Source of the DNA: Polyangiaceae bacterium
GTDB lineage: Bacteria; Myxococcota_A; Polyangia; Polyangiales; Polyangiaceae
Direction of reading: 5' to 3'
Assembly (NCBI GenBank): GCA_965222375.1
Contig: CBDCTZ010000016.1
Location: forward strand, 2,336,001 to 2,400,000
Length of the DNA stretch: 64,000 nt
This document shows, in pieces, positions 16,538 through 27,020 of this stretch. Within the stretch, counting starts at the first letter, position 1. Each line of letters starts with the position of its first letter. Below the pieces are notes generated by a model. That model made no database searches, was not told the origin of the DNA, and was given only the letters and a program-made list of their open reading frames with translations. Both the position numbers and the translations under genes were made by a program.

Positions 16538-16655
16538 AGGTCGTGGGGCTCGAGCACGAGGGCGCGCGTGCCGTCCCGCCACGGCTTCTTGAAGCTGGGC
16601 TCAAGCTTGGCATCTGTGCGTTGCTCGAGGCGGTCTTGGGCCACCGGCGGTCGGG
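16538..16655 (-). pseudogene. IS91-like transposase fragment
   Basis: RPPVAQDRLE..TDAKLE.SFKKPWRDGTRALVLEPHDL matches ~27650-27766. Confidence 0.85.
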
Positions 16656-16717
16656 TGCTGGCGCTTTGGCGCCAGAATTTTCGAAAGCGGTCGCTGCAGC
16701 GCGCTGAACTTCGAGCT

Positions 16718-18235
16718 ATGCTCCGGCGCATGCGCGCACTCGTGCCCCTCTCTTTTGTCGCCGTCCTCTTCACTCTCGCCAGTTGCTCCAGCGACGATTC
16801 GAATGGGGGCGGTGCGACCGGGGGCACGAGTGGCAGCGGAGGTTCGGTGACCGGCGGCACTGGCGGCTCCACGGGTGGAACCGGGGGTGCGACGGGTGGA
16901 ACGGGCGGAGCGAGTGGTGGCAGCGCCGGCGCAACTGGAGGCAGCGCGGGTGCCACCGGGGGCAGCGCGGGTGCCGACGCGGGCAGCGATGCAGCGGCGG
17001 ATGCGAGTAGCGATGGAGCGGCAGACGCGAGCAGCGACGCCCCCGCGGACAGCGCAGGCGACACCGCCGCGAGCTGCAGCGTCAACCAAGCGTGTTGCTC
17101 TGGCAGCACCTGCACCGGCGGTTACAACTGCCTCGGCACGACTTGTAGCTGCATCAAGGAGATCCACGGCGACAGCTATCTGCGCACCGATGGCACCGTG
17201 GTGTACTACGGCGCGCCTCAAACCGTGATCGAAGAAGGCACGACCGGGCAGCCCCTGGGCAACGTGAAACAGATCTATGACGGCTGGCGACAGGGCTGTG
17301 CGCTGAAGAACGACAATACGGTGTGGTGTTGGCCCAAGAGCACTTTGGGCAACAGTGCCGGGCAACTCGGCAACGGCACGAAGACGGCGCCGACCAATGC
17401 GCAGCTATTCAAGGCCACCCAAGTGCTGACCGCAGCAGCGACGCCGCTCACGGGCGTGAAGCGGATCTCTTCGGGCGACGCCCGCTGCTACCTGGCAACC
17501 AACACCTGTGCCGTGAAGACCGACGGCACCCTTTGGTGCTGGGGCTCCCACGACAGCAGCGGCGGCGGTGGCGGTAGTCTGTTCAACACGGTCTATGCGG
17601 CGCAGCCCTACGCCACGCAGATCAAAGCCAGCGCCTCCACGAACCTGACTGGCGTCGAGGAAGTCAGTCAGGGCACCCGCCACGCCTGCGTGCTCAAGGA
17701 CGGCGGACAGGTGTGGTGCTGGGGCTCGGGTATCGGTGGCGCCCTTGGTCAAGGCGACGAAATGAAGCGTGACTATCCCGTCAAGGTCACTCTGCCGGCA
17801 GCGGCGAGCGTCGTCGGCGCTGGCTCGGACGCGACCTGCGCCCTGGTAGGCACATCCGTCCACTGTTGGGGCTCCAACAACGGGCAGATCGGGATAGGAG
17901 ATCCGGAGACGACGAGCGACAAGGGCTGCCCGAACTTCTGCAAGAAGACCCCAGTACAGGTCATCGACGGCAGCTCGACGCCCATCACCGGCGTCAAGAG
18001 CTTGAGCATGAACTATTTGTCGGTCTGCGCCACCATGAGCGACCACTCTCTGCACTGCTGGGGTAGCGGCGCCGGCAACGTGGCCGGGCCGCTCATGCTC
18101 GCGGGCAACCCGGTTACCAACGTGGCCCAGCACACTTCATGCACCGCCAATCCGATCAATCAGTCGGTGCGTACCCTGTCCCGGGACAACGTGCTCAAGC
18201 GCGCCACGCTGACCGTGACGCAGCTCTGCCAGTGA
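16718..18235 (+). CDS. Lipoprotein with RCC1-like repeats
   Basis: Lipobox LASC, Gly/Thr linker, repeated CA....G.VWCWG. Confidence 0.85.
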   Translation: MLRRMRALVPLSFVAVLFTLASCSSDDSNGGGATGGTSGSGGSVTGGTGGSTGGTGGATGGTGGASGGSAGATGGSAGATGGSAGADAGSDAAADASSDGAADASSDAPADSAGDTAASCSVNQACCSGSTCTGGYNCLGTTCSCIKEIHGDSYLRTDGTVVYYGAPQTVIEEGTTGQPLGNVKQIYDGWRQGCALKNDNTVWCWPKSTLGNSAGQLGNGTKTAPTNAQLFKATQVLTAAATPLTGVKRISSGDARCYLATNTCAVKTDGTLWCWGSHDSSGGGGGSLFNTVYAAQPYATQIKASASTNLTGVEEVSQGTRHACVLKDGGQVWCWGSGIGGALGQGDEMKRDYPVKVTLPAAASVVGAGSDATCALVGTSVHCWGSNNGQIGIGDPETTSDKGCPNFCKKTPVQVIDGSSTPITGVKSLSMNYLSVCATMSDHSLHCWGSGAGNVAGPLMLAGNPVTNVAQHTSCTANPINQSVRTLSRDNVLKRATLTVTQLCQ

Positions 18236-18296
18236 CATTCTGAACTTGTTGGTTTTTGGGGGTCGACGCGCTTCGTGACACCGGAAGGGGTGAGCC

Positions 18297-19163
18297 TTGG
18301 GTCGGCGCTGGGCCACTACTCTGTATCCGTCTTTACATGTCTTGGTGTCGGTCGCGGATGCCCTCGACTACCTCCACGAACAGCTGGTCCTTCACTTAGA
18401 CGTCAGCCCAGGCAACATCCTGATCGACGAGGACGACCTCGTGCGCCTGACGGATTTTGGCGCTTCGGCTCGGGCGCGAGCGGCGACCGACGCTTCCGGC
18501 AACCAGACTTGCGTGGCCACTTCCCTGCATTCCCTCAATGCAGCCTATGCCGCTCCGGAAGTTTTTGCCGGACCAGCTCGAAGTCGCCCCGATCAATATA
18601 GCCTGTTTCGGGTTTTGCTCTCCATGCTTCAGGGAAAGGTCCAAACTTCGCCCGAGTGGGGGTTTGAGTCTCTCCCCTATCTGACCGAGCGCCAAAACGA
18701 GATTCTCGAGCGGGCGCTGAGCCGTGAACCCGATGAGCGCTTTGAGTCTTGTTCGGAACCCGCGCGAGCTTTCGCGGATGAGCTGGCGCGAGTTTCTGAC
18801 GAGAAACTCGCTTCGGATGTCGAGATGCTCTGTTCCCGCTTCGTCCAACGTGAACGACAGCGCTTGGGTTGCACCACCCAGCGTCTTGGCGGCGCCCTTA
18901 GACTCGGTCAGGGTTTGGAAAGAATTCTACGCGCTGCTTTGGTGTGGCTTGCACGAAAAGAAGACGTCGATGCGCTCTTACTCCCTAAAACGGTCGATGA
19001 GAGAGCGACGTCTCTTTCGACGACCAACACAGGTTCCATCGTAAAGGCGCTCCTCAAAGCCGCGGCGAGTTCACCGCGAAATGCTCGGGCACCAGAAATT
19101 GCGCCGATTGTTGAGGACTCGATGAAAAATAAGAAACACAGTGCCATTTCGAAACTCCTCTAA
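18297..19163 (+). pseudogene. Ser/Thr kinase fragment lacking the N-lobe
   Basis: HLDVSPGNILI, DFG, YAAPE; no Gly-rich loop or VAIK. Confidence 0.75.
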
Positions 19164-19352
19164 CGCTCGCAACGACGTTGTGCACGGGCGCCGCCCTGCC
19201 GACGTGTTTTTACCCTACGCGGAGCGGGCGGCTGCGGTTTTTTCCCACGTGGGGGAAGGCTCGGCGTGAGCCGTCCTCTCTCGTTTTTCTTCTGTAGCTT
19301 GTAGCGCTCTTTCGCTATTGCGGTCCCGGGCAACCGGCGCTTCAAACACGTT

Positions 19353-20471
19353 ATGTGGACGCGTCGATGGGTGTTGCTCTTGGCGGTGGGGTTCTGGGGC
19401 TGCGGTTCGCGCTCGGGAGTCGATACGCTTTTGATGCGCGATGAGCCTTCGCCGACGCCTCAACCAGACTGCGCGGCTTCGCCCTCTAAGCCATTGATGC
19501 TGGCGAGCGTGGCTGCGGCAGGCAGCTATGACAAGGTCGTGGCGATGACGGTCACCCGGGGCTTCGTGTACTTCACGAAAGTCAACGGTTCAAACAATCC
19601 ACTGGGGTTGTTTCGAGTGCCCATCGATGGAGGCGCGCCCGAGCTCGTCGTTCCCGTCGAGGGCGAGCCCTGCAATTTGTTTCGGCCCTTCGCCTATGGC
19701 AACCTTGCGAGCGACGGGCGTTACGTTTTCGGTGCGGCTAGCGAGTCCAAAAATTGCACGGGCTACTCAAAGCACATTTCGGCCTACGACACCAACGATG
19801 ACACCTGGTTCCAGCTTCCAGTCCCCGCCGTTGCTAACTCCAAACCACGCGTGCTCGCGCCGCGAGCGACCCTTGATGGCGGAGCGGCTTGGGTGATCAA
19901 CCCGGGAACTTACGAGGGGCCCACTGTCCTGGCGCGCTGGAGTGGAGGGCCTGTGTCAACCATCGCATTCTCGTTACCCGTTTGGGTTACCAGCTTCGTG
20001 CTAGCGGGCAACGACGCTTTCGTTAGCACGCGCGATAGCGGCATCAAAACGTTGCGCTACATGTCGCTAACGAGCAGCACGCTCAGCGAGCCTGAAACGG
20101 TCGGCCCAGACTTCAGGCTTCTGGGTGCCAACAACAACGCCATCTTCTACACGCCGGATGGGACCACATTGTCACGTCGCGATGTCGCCAGCGGCGTTGT
20201 GACGGCCCTTGGTGCGCCCAAACCCAGAGCTGGTCTTTGGGTTGACGACGACTTTCTCTATCTTGGTCCAGCTGAAGGAGTAACCAGTTCCGCTGCTGTT
20301 GTTATGCGACGGCCAGCTTCGGGTGGCCCGGCCGTCGAGATCTACCGCGATGATTCCCGACGCAGAGTTGACGCCATCACGGCAGACTCCTGCAACGTCT
20401 ATTGGGCGGTTGGCCGCAGCTACGACGACGGCAATTCTCAACCAGTTGCGATCTTCGCGCGCCGACGCTGA
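19353..20471 (+). CDS. Lipoprotein, probable beta-propeller
   Basis: Signal peptide with WGC lipobox; beta-rich repeats such as VDDDFLY and ADSCNVYW. Confidence 0.75.
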   Translation: MWTRRWVLLLAVGFWGCGSRSGVDTLLMRDEPSPTPQPDCAASPSKPLMLASVAAAGSYDKVVAMTVTRGFVYFTKVNGSNNPLGLFRVPIDGGAPELVVPVEGEPCNLFRPFAYGNLASDGRYVFGAASESKNCTGYSKHISAYDTNDDTWFQLPVPAVANSKPRVLAPRATLDGGAAWVINPGTYEGPTVLARWSGGPVSTIAFSLPVWVTSFVLAGNDAFVSTRDSGIKTLRYMSLTSSTLSEPETVGPDFRLLGANNNAIFYTPDGTTLSRRDVASGVVTALGAPKPRAGLWVDDDFLYLGPAEGVTSSAAVVMRRPASGGPAVEIYRDDSRRRVDAITADSCNVYWAVGRSYDDGNSQPVAIFARRR

Positions 20472-20547
20472 GGTCGCGGCTAGCCGAAGAAAGGGGCGCC
20501 CAGCAACGGCACGATCAGCGGCACGGCCACGGACGTCGCGCACACGA

Positions 20548-20669
20548 TTGACAAGTTGAAAATCGGACGCGGCTTCGACAAGCCATTCAAGAGGGCTCTC
20601 GACGAGATTCGAGTCTACGACAGGGCGCTCTCGCCGGTGGAAGTGGCGAACAGCAAGTCCGGGCCCTGA
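20548..20669 (+). pseudogene. LamG-domain C-terminal remnant
   Basis: Reads LKIGRGFDKPFKRALDEIRVYDRALSPVEV. Confidence 0.6.
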
Positions 20670-20893
20670 ACCAAACCAGCGAGCTTTTTCGAACTCGCCA
20701 GCCGAGGGAGCGTTGGGCGCGATGGCTGCGTTTTCGTGATGGGAGGAACAGGCGGCTCGAACCTGAACGTTTCACCTTGGCCGGGCAGCTTGAGTGAGTG
20801 CCCGAGTCACCGCGCTGCCAACCTGCGGTTGGCATTCGGCACGTCCAGTGGCTGAAAGGCACGAAACCTGAGTCGAAAATCGAGAGGATGGCC

Positions 20894-20909
20894 TGGCATG
20901 GCGCATGCA
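20894..20909 (+). promoter_or_regulatory. Candidate sigma54 promoter
   Basis: TGGCATGGCGCATGCA, GG-N10-GC, just upstream of ATG 20923. Confidence 0.45.
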
Positions 20910-20922
20910 TCAGCCAGCGCCC

Positions 20923-22857
20923 ATGAACTCGCCCCTTCGCCGTGTACTGCTCAGCTCAGGAGCGTCGCTTTCCTTCTTCAGTCTTGCCCTCGGTTGCGCT
21001 CCAGCCCAGGAACCCGGAGCCGGCGCGCCCGCTGAGGAAGTTGCCGTCGAGGTGCTGCTGGACGAGGACCGCAAAGCGGATCTACCGGGCGAACTCCGGC
21101 TGCGATCCGCCCATGCAGTGCGGGCCAACCAGCCGGATGCCGACAGCGAGATCCGTTTCGAGTTCACGCCCGACAAGGGCGATGTCACGGTCGGGAGTGT
21201 TCCGGATCCTCGCTTCTTGCGCTCGGAAGAAAAAGTCGCCGGCGCCATGGTTCGCGAAGACTTGGAGACCAAGGTCGGCGCGCTGCAAGTCCGACTTCCC
21301 AACGTCAATGGGTCGCTCCGACTGTACAACCAACACGGCTTGATCATCGGGAGCGGGACACACTCTGCAGTGCCCAAGGGGCAGCTTCAACAGCCACTGG
21401 CATCCGATGAGGACGTAGGGGAGCTGGTCAAGGTGGTCGACAGCGGCAGCGACGGCCCCGGAGTACGGCTGATGTTTCTCCCCGAGGGATACACCGGAGC
21501 CGAGCTTCCGCAGTTTCATGCCAAGGTGGACGAGTTCGTGGAGAAGCTCCGCTCGGACGAGATCCTAGGCGCGAACTGGAGCATGATGAACGTTTGGCGG
21601 CGGGACATTGCGTCTCGACAATCTGGGATCGACGACCCGAGCACTGGCACCCAGGTGGACACGGCGTTCGACGTGAGCTTTGGCGAGACGATTCGTCGAT
21701 GCGCATGGCCCAAGACCTCCGCTGCCATGAGCTTCGCTGGGCGCCAGGGTGCTGCCGTGAATTCCGACCAAGTCATCGTGCTCGTCAACAACCCTACAGG
21801 CGAGAACATGGGCTGCGCGGGCAGTGGGCTGATCGTTGATGACAGCCCAGACTCCATCGTCCACGAGCTAGGCCATGGGCTGTTCAAGGTTCGGGACGAA
21901 TACAGCACCAGTGCCACGACCAACTGCCGAACTGGCAAGAACGTGTCCTTGTCCTCGGATCCTAGTCAACTGCCCTGGAGCGATCTGGTCAACACGTCCA
22001 CGTTCCCGACCACGCAGCACGACTCAAGCCTCATCGGCGCCTATGAAGGCGCTGGCCACTGCGCGTCCGGAGCGTTTCGACCCCAGCACCGTTGCAAGAT
22101 GAAGTCGCGCAATGACCCCTTCTGCGCGGTGTGCCGCCGCGAAGCAGCGCGCTACTTCAGCGCGAAGCGCGGAGAGTGCGCGGTCGAAACCCTAGGTGGC
22201 ATCCGCTACGCTTTCTGCAATCAGCCCAAGTCGTTCACTGAAGCCGCCGCCCAGTGCGAGCAGCTCGAGGGCTCACTGACCGATATTCGTTCCGAGCAGG
22301 ACAACCACTTCATCTATCACGCCACCCGCGGCTATTCTCAGATCTCGGGCTGGTGGATCGGACTGAGTGACCAGCAGCCCGGAGGCGGCTTTCGCTGGCT
22401 CGACGGCAGCGAGCCAGCCTTTTCGACCTGGGCGAATGAACCGCCCGCTCAGCACTACCCAGAAAACTGTGGCTCCGTGGGTGGCAACTCGCCTACTTGG
22501 CGCACCAGCAATTGCCAGGCGAAATTTCCCTTCGTGTGCAGATTGCCGCCCGAGAAGTTCGAACCTTGGGCAGGCATGAACGAGTCCGGCAGTGTTGCTA
22601 CAGACGAGGAGGCCCACTTCGCAACGCCGACCCTGCCCCCCGGCCGCTACAAGTTCACCCTCTCGGGCACGGGTGACGCGGACTTGTACGTGCGAATCGG
22701 CGGCCCCGCGTCGACGGCTGCTCATGATTGCCGCACCTTCGACGACGGACTGGACGAGAGTTGCTCGGTGCAACTCGATACCCCGGCCGAGGTGCACGCC
22801 ATGGTGCATGGTTGGGTTTGGATTTCCCAGTTCACCCTCGTGGGCGCGCCCGAATAG
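20923..22857 (+). CDS. Lipoprotein: M64 (IgA-peptidase-like) metallopeptidase + C-type lectin + PPC domain
   Basis: LGC lipobox; FLPEGYT, HELGHG...RDEY, C.MK...PFCAVC; WWIGLSD/ENC/FVC; GTGDADLYV. Confidence 0.85.
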   Translation: MNSPLRRVLLSSGASLSFFSLALGCAPAQEPGAGAPAEEVAVEVLLDEDRKADLPGELRLRSAHAVRANQPDADSEIRFEFTPDKGDVTVGSVPDPRFLRSEEKVAGAMVREDLETKVGALQVRLPNVNGSLRLYNQHGLIIGSGTHSAVPKGQLQQPLASDEDVGELVKVVDSGSDGPGVRLMFLPEGYTGAELPQFHAKVDEFVEKLRSDEILGANWSMMNVWRRDIASRQSGIDDPSTGTQVDTAFDVSFGETIRRCAWPKTSAAMSFAGRQGAAVNSDQVIVLVNNPTGENMGCAGSGLIVDDSPDSIVHELGHGLFKVRDEYSTSATTNCRTGKNVSLSSDPSQLPWSDLVNTSTFPTTQHDSSLIGAYEGAGHCASGAFRPQHRCKMKSRNDPFCAVCRREAARYFSAKRGECAVETLGGIRYAFCNQPKSFTEAAAQCEQLEGSLTDIRSEQDNHFIYHATRGYSQISGWWIGLSDQQPGGGFRWLDGSEPAFSTWANEPPAQHYPENCGSVGGNSPTWRTSNCQAKFPFVCRLPPEKFEPWAGMNESGSVATDEEAHFATPTLPPGRYKFTLSGTGDADLYVRIGGPASTAAHDCRTFDDGLDESCSVQLDTPAEVHAMVHGWVWISQFTLVGAPE

Positions 22858-22914
22858 TAAGCGATACGGCGAGCGTGACGGGGTGCCGCGTCGCACCGCG
22901 CGCCAAACGACAGT

Positions 22915-22994
22915 TCGGGGTCGCCAGTGTGCGCAACCTGCTAACCGGTGCGCTGGTCGCGGTACAGCGTACGGACAGTGCCCTCCGACTGAAT
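22915..22994 (+). pseudogene. IS91-like transposase fragment
   Basis: GVASVRNLLTGALVAVQRTDSALRLN matches the transposase at ~28220-28300. Confidence 0.8.
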
Positions 22995-23032
22995 ACTGCC
23001 GCACGGTACCTGGCATGATCACCTCCATGATT

Positions 23033-24290
23033 TCATTCGAATAATTCGCTCTGCGTTTCCAAAGAGTCCCCCAATGCGAGCCGGCCCGAGCGCCTGAGCC
23101 GGTCGAGGATCTGTCGGACGCGAGGGCCATCGAGGTCAGCGCGCCGGATCTCCCACGGCGCGAACGGAACTACTTGCCGCATTGGCAAGACGCCGGCGTC
23201 GACAAGTTTCCGGATCGTGGTGTCGCTAGTTCCTGTGTACTTGACCGCGCCCAGCAAGGTGAGCACGTCTGGGTCTTCGGTCGTCTTGCTGTGTCCTTTG
23301 ATGGCGTGGTTTCGCCGCGCACTCTTGACGGCCATCTTGCTCCAGCGCCTGCCCTTGCCTGTGCGACGTCCAAGCCTGTTGAGCACTATGGCGATAACGT
23401 CGTCACCGTAGCGCGATGCCATCTTCCGAATGACATCCAGATCTTCGTCCGACGTTCGGTGCATCGTCTTCGGGCTCGGCTTGGGGATCTGGAATGCCGT
23501 GTGGCAGCCGCCCTTCCAGTGGACGATGAATGCAAGCGTGCCCGGCGGGGTCTCATCGACAAGGATTTCCTCGATGGTCGCTCGGACGATCTGTTTCTTG
23601 AGCTCGATGGGACACTCGGCGTGATTCCAGACGTCGGCGAAGCGTTCGCCCAAAGCGATCAGTGCGTCGCGTTCCTCGGCCGAGACGACCCGACGTTGCT
23701 GCGCGAGTTCATCCAGTCGCTCTCGGAGCGCTTGAAGCTCTTCGAGCTTGGTGTCCCATCGTCGCTCCAACTCTGCGGCAACGAGTCGATTGCGCGGATC
23801 TGCTTCGTCGTACTGCTCGAAGGCGCGGGACGCTTCGTATTCAAGCTGCTCGAGCCGACGCTGAATGGCTTGGCGGCTGTCGTGCTGGCGTGAGTCGAGC
23901 CGTTCGAGAGCCCCTATGCTCGCGCGGAGGCCGAGTGGAGACAGCACTCGCACGATCTCCTCTGCAAAGCGACGGTCCGCAGTCTTGCCGCCGAAGCCGA
24001 TGCAGTAGCGACCGCTGCTGGCGGCTCCGTAGTCGCCAACGCAGAGGTATCGCGGGCTCGTGCCTTTTGCGCCCCAGTAGCGCACGTGCAGCTTGCGTCC
24101 ACAGCGTCCACACCGCAGCAGTCCTGCGAGCAGTCCGTTGCCTGCACGCGCTGCTCCCGCCGTCTCGTCCGAGTTGTTGCGCCAGTTGTTGCGAGCAATC
24201 ATGCGCTCGTTCTCCTCGAAGGTGGCCCAGTCAATGTACCCTTCATGATGGTCGCGCAGGAAGACCTCCGCGTCTTCTGGAGCCAGCGGC
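23033..24290 (-). pseudogene. Large serine recombinase, C-terminal half (5' part lost)
   Basis: HHEGYIDWATFE, LLAGLLRCGRCGRKL, NRLVAAELERRW, IVHWKGG.HT; paralog of 28971-31055. Confidence 0.88.
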
Positions 24291-24299
24291 GACACCAAG

Positions 24300-24734
24300 T
24301 CCGACGCTGAGCGCATCGTCGATATCTATCGTCAGCGGTGGCTGGTGGAAGAATTCTTCCGCGCCCTGAAGACCGGATGTGGATTTCGCAAGCGCCAACT
24401 CACCAACCGACAGTCCATCTACAACTCCCTTGCGCTGCTGGCCCCGATTGCTTGGCGGGCGTTGCTGCTTCGTCAGACGGCTCGAGATGCCTCCGCCTCA
24501 TGACGCACCGTCTTCTCCGACGTCGAGCTGCGCGTATTGCGCGCAAAGGCCGGCAGCATCGGAGTAAGACTGCCCTCACACCCTTCCGCCGCTGAGGCGC
24601 TCGCCTTGCTGGCCCAAATCGGTGGTCACCGAAAGTCCAACGGTCCACCAGGTTGGGAGAAGCTCATCAAAGGTCTACAGCGACTCGACGATCTGGTGGC
24701 TGGTTGGACCCTCCGTGACACCCTCAAGAAGTGA
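24300..24734 (+). pseudogene. IS4-family (Tn5-like) transposase C-terminal remnant
   Basis: YRQRWLVEEFFRALKTGC and GGHRKSNGPPGW..LIKGLQRL in different frames. Confidence 0.8.
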
Positions 24735-24859
24735 TCACGGGTGAGGCGCGTCAGCGGGCGCGCACGTTCTTGAAGCACCATCCGAACAGCCCACACGCAG
24801 CAACGCTGAAGAAGATCGCCGGCAAGCCCTAAGGCGAAGGCACGCGGCGGGGCCCTTCG

Positions 24860-25228
24860 ATGAACTCGACTGTCTGCGCCGTCGCGCCGCTCTTGGCTTT
24901 GCTTTTCGTGAGCGAAGTCGCCGCAGCCGCGCCCCACGTTCCGGTTATCGAGGTCCGGCGTGACAACTCCGCCCAAGACTGCCCGGACACAGGCGGCATG
25001 GTCAGCCGCGTGAACGAGTTGACCGGACAAGCCTCCGTGCGCCCGGCAGATGGCGCCCCCGCTGAGCTCACTCTGCGGGTCACTCTCAGCGCGAGCGGTG
25101 CGGGCTACTCGGCGGCGATCGTGGCGGAAGGATCCCGAAGCGGGCGCCGGAGCATTGCCGACATCGGAGCCGATTGCGCTGGACTGGCCGAAGCCCTCGC
25201 GGTGACGCTGGCGCTCATCGGAGTCTAG
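24860..25228 (+). CDS. Hypothetical exported protein, possibly truncated
   Basis: Signal peptide; DCP...RV and C..LAEALA motifs; related fragment at ~48150-48380(-). Confidence 0.55.
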   Translation: MNSTVCAVAPLLALLFVSEVAAAAPHVPVIEVRRDNSAQDCPDTGGMVSRVNELTGQASVRPADGAPAELTLRVTLSASGAGYSAAIVAEGSRSGRRSIADIGADCAGLAEALAVTLALIGV

Positions 25229-25534
25229 GCGGACCAAAGCGTTCGCGCGAAAACACCACGAGGAAAGTTCACGTAACCTCCGGTCCACGATCTAGTTGTT
25301 TCACTCACGCTGGAACGACGGGCGATTTGGCGTTAGCGATCACGAGATCATTGCTCGCTGGCGCGGGCGGCGTAGCGCGCCGGCGAAGGTTCGCGTCGTC
25401 GTTCCACGAAACTGAGCGCGACCACGATCGAAGTGCCCGGCTTTGTGCCACTAGCGCGCTGTCCGCTTAGCGTTCACTCTGCCCGAGAGCCCAGAATTTC
25501 GGGCCACCGGGTCGCTCGGCGTTTGGCACGACAG

Positions 25535-26245
25535 ATGCTGTCCCCAGGCTCCATGAGCCCAGTTCGAGCCGCCCTCGCCACAGTAGTCGTGTCGCTGACC
25601 ATCGTCGCTGCCTGTGGCGGCAGTACCTCCAAGGACAGTGGCGGTGGAAGCGGGGGGGCTGGTGCTCTTGGAGGCTCCGGCGCGGTCGGTGGTGCCGGCG
25701 TCGGCGGGGGTGCCGGGTCGTCTGGAGGCGAGGTCTGCGGCAGTGCGCTCTGCGGTGCCGGGACCTACTGCTGCAGCGCCAGCTGCAGTCTTTGCGTCCC
25801 AGACGGCCAAGCGTGCATCACCATTGACTGCGGAGACGCCTGTGGAACCGCCGTCTGCGGCGCCGATGAATACTGCTGCAACCCCGGCTGCAACCAATGC
25901 ACGAAGAAGGGGCAGCCCTGCCTCGAGATCGATTGCGCTCCGGTCGGGAAGAAGTGCGGCAACAACACCTGCGCGCCGGGTGAGGAGTGCTGCGGCCAAA
26001 ACTGCGGCGTTTGCACCAAGCCTGGCGGGCCATGCCCGGCCATCTGCGTGCCGGATTGCCAAGCTCAGGACGCCACCGGCAAGGGAGCTTGTGCGCTTTC
26101 GTTCGGCGTCAAATGGAATGGTGCCGGTTGCGAGTTTGTGAGCGGTTGCGATTGCGTTGGCGCTGATTGCAAGGCGTTATTCCCTTCTCTACAGGAATGC
26201 GCCAAGGCGTACGCGGGCTGCCCCCAATTCACCGACGAGGGCTAA
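25535..26245 (+). CDS. Cys-rich lipoprotein
   Basis: AAC lipobox, Gly linker, three CG...C....CC...C..C repeats. Confidence 0.8.
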   Translation: MLSPGSMSPVRAALATVVVSLTIVAACGGSTSKDSGGGSGGAGALGGSGAVGGAGVGGGAGSSGGEVCGSALCGAGTYCCSASCSLCVPDGQACITIDCGDACGTAVCGADEYCCNPGCNQCTKKGQPCLEIDCAPVGKKCGNNTCAPGEECCGQNCGVCTKPGGPCPAICVPDCQAQDATGKGACALSFGVKWNGAGCEFVSGCDCVGADCKALFPSLQECAKAYAGCPQFTDEG

Positions 26246-26509
26246 CCCTCTGTCCTAAACGACGGCTTTTCGCATACCTCGCGTCACCGGGGCAGGTGCT
26301 CTCCAAGAGCGCCCGGGCAGGGCGGCTCTCCAAGGACCGAGGACCCGATCATCGCCTACTTGCCGGGCCGCGCGGACTGCCGCTCGGGTCAGCCGCCGCA
26401 TCCGCGCAACGCCAGCATTCGGCACCGAGATGTCGTGGGGCGCAGGGGCGCGGGATAATTCATAATTGGGCTCCGCTCTTAGGCTGCGCCGCCGCACGCC
26501 GCAGCGGCA

Positions 26510-27020
26510 CTACGCCAGCAAGGTTGTCAGCGGCCCCTTGTTCAGGGTTGGGTTGCCGAAGGTGTCTCCGGAGACGTCCATCGCTTTCATCAATGTGACG
26601 AACAGATCGTTGTGGGCGCGACCACCGACGTCGACCCAGCGCCCCGTCTTGAGCGCCCCGCCACAGCCGCCGATCAAGACGTAGGGCATGTTGTCGTAGG
26701 TGTGCTTGTTGCCAAAGCCGTAGCTAATCTCGGTCACAGAAACGATCACTGTGCTGTCGAGCAGCGAAACGCCGCCTTCGTCGATCTCGCTCAGAGAATC
26801 GGCTAGGTAGGCCAGCTGCTTCGAATACCAGTTTCCGATATCGATCAGGTTGGTGCGCGCTTGGGAGTTGCTTTCGCCCTCGTGGGACAGTCCGTGATGA
26901 CTCTTGTCCGCGCCCACCTGGGTGTGGCGAATTCCCGACTGCGCGGTGGACCACTGAAGGGACGCAACACGGGTCAGGTCGCAGGTGAGCGCCATGCTCA
27001 GAAGGTCCATCTGGATCTTA
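26510..27020 (-). pseudogene. DUF1552-like protein, C-terminal fragment
   Basis: ALTCDLTRVASLQW, HHGLSH, SLLDSTV, H...NMP.VLIGG.GG.LKTGR. Confidence 0.75.
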
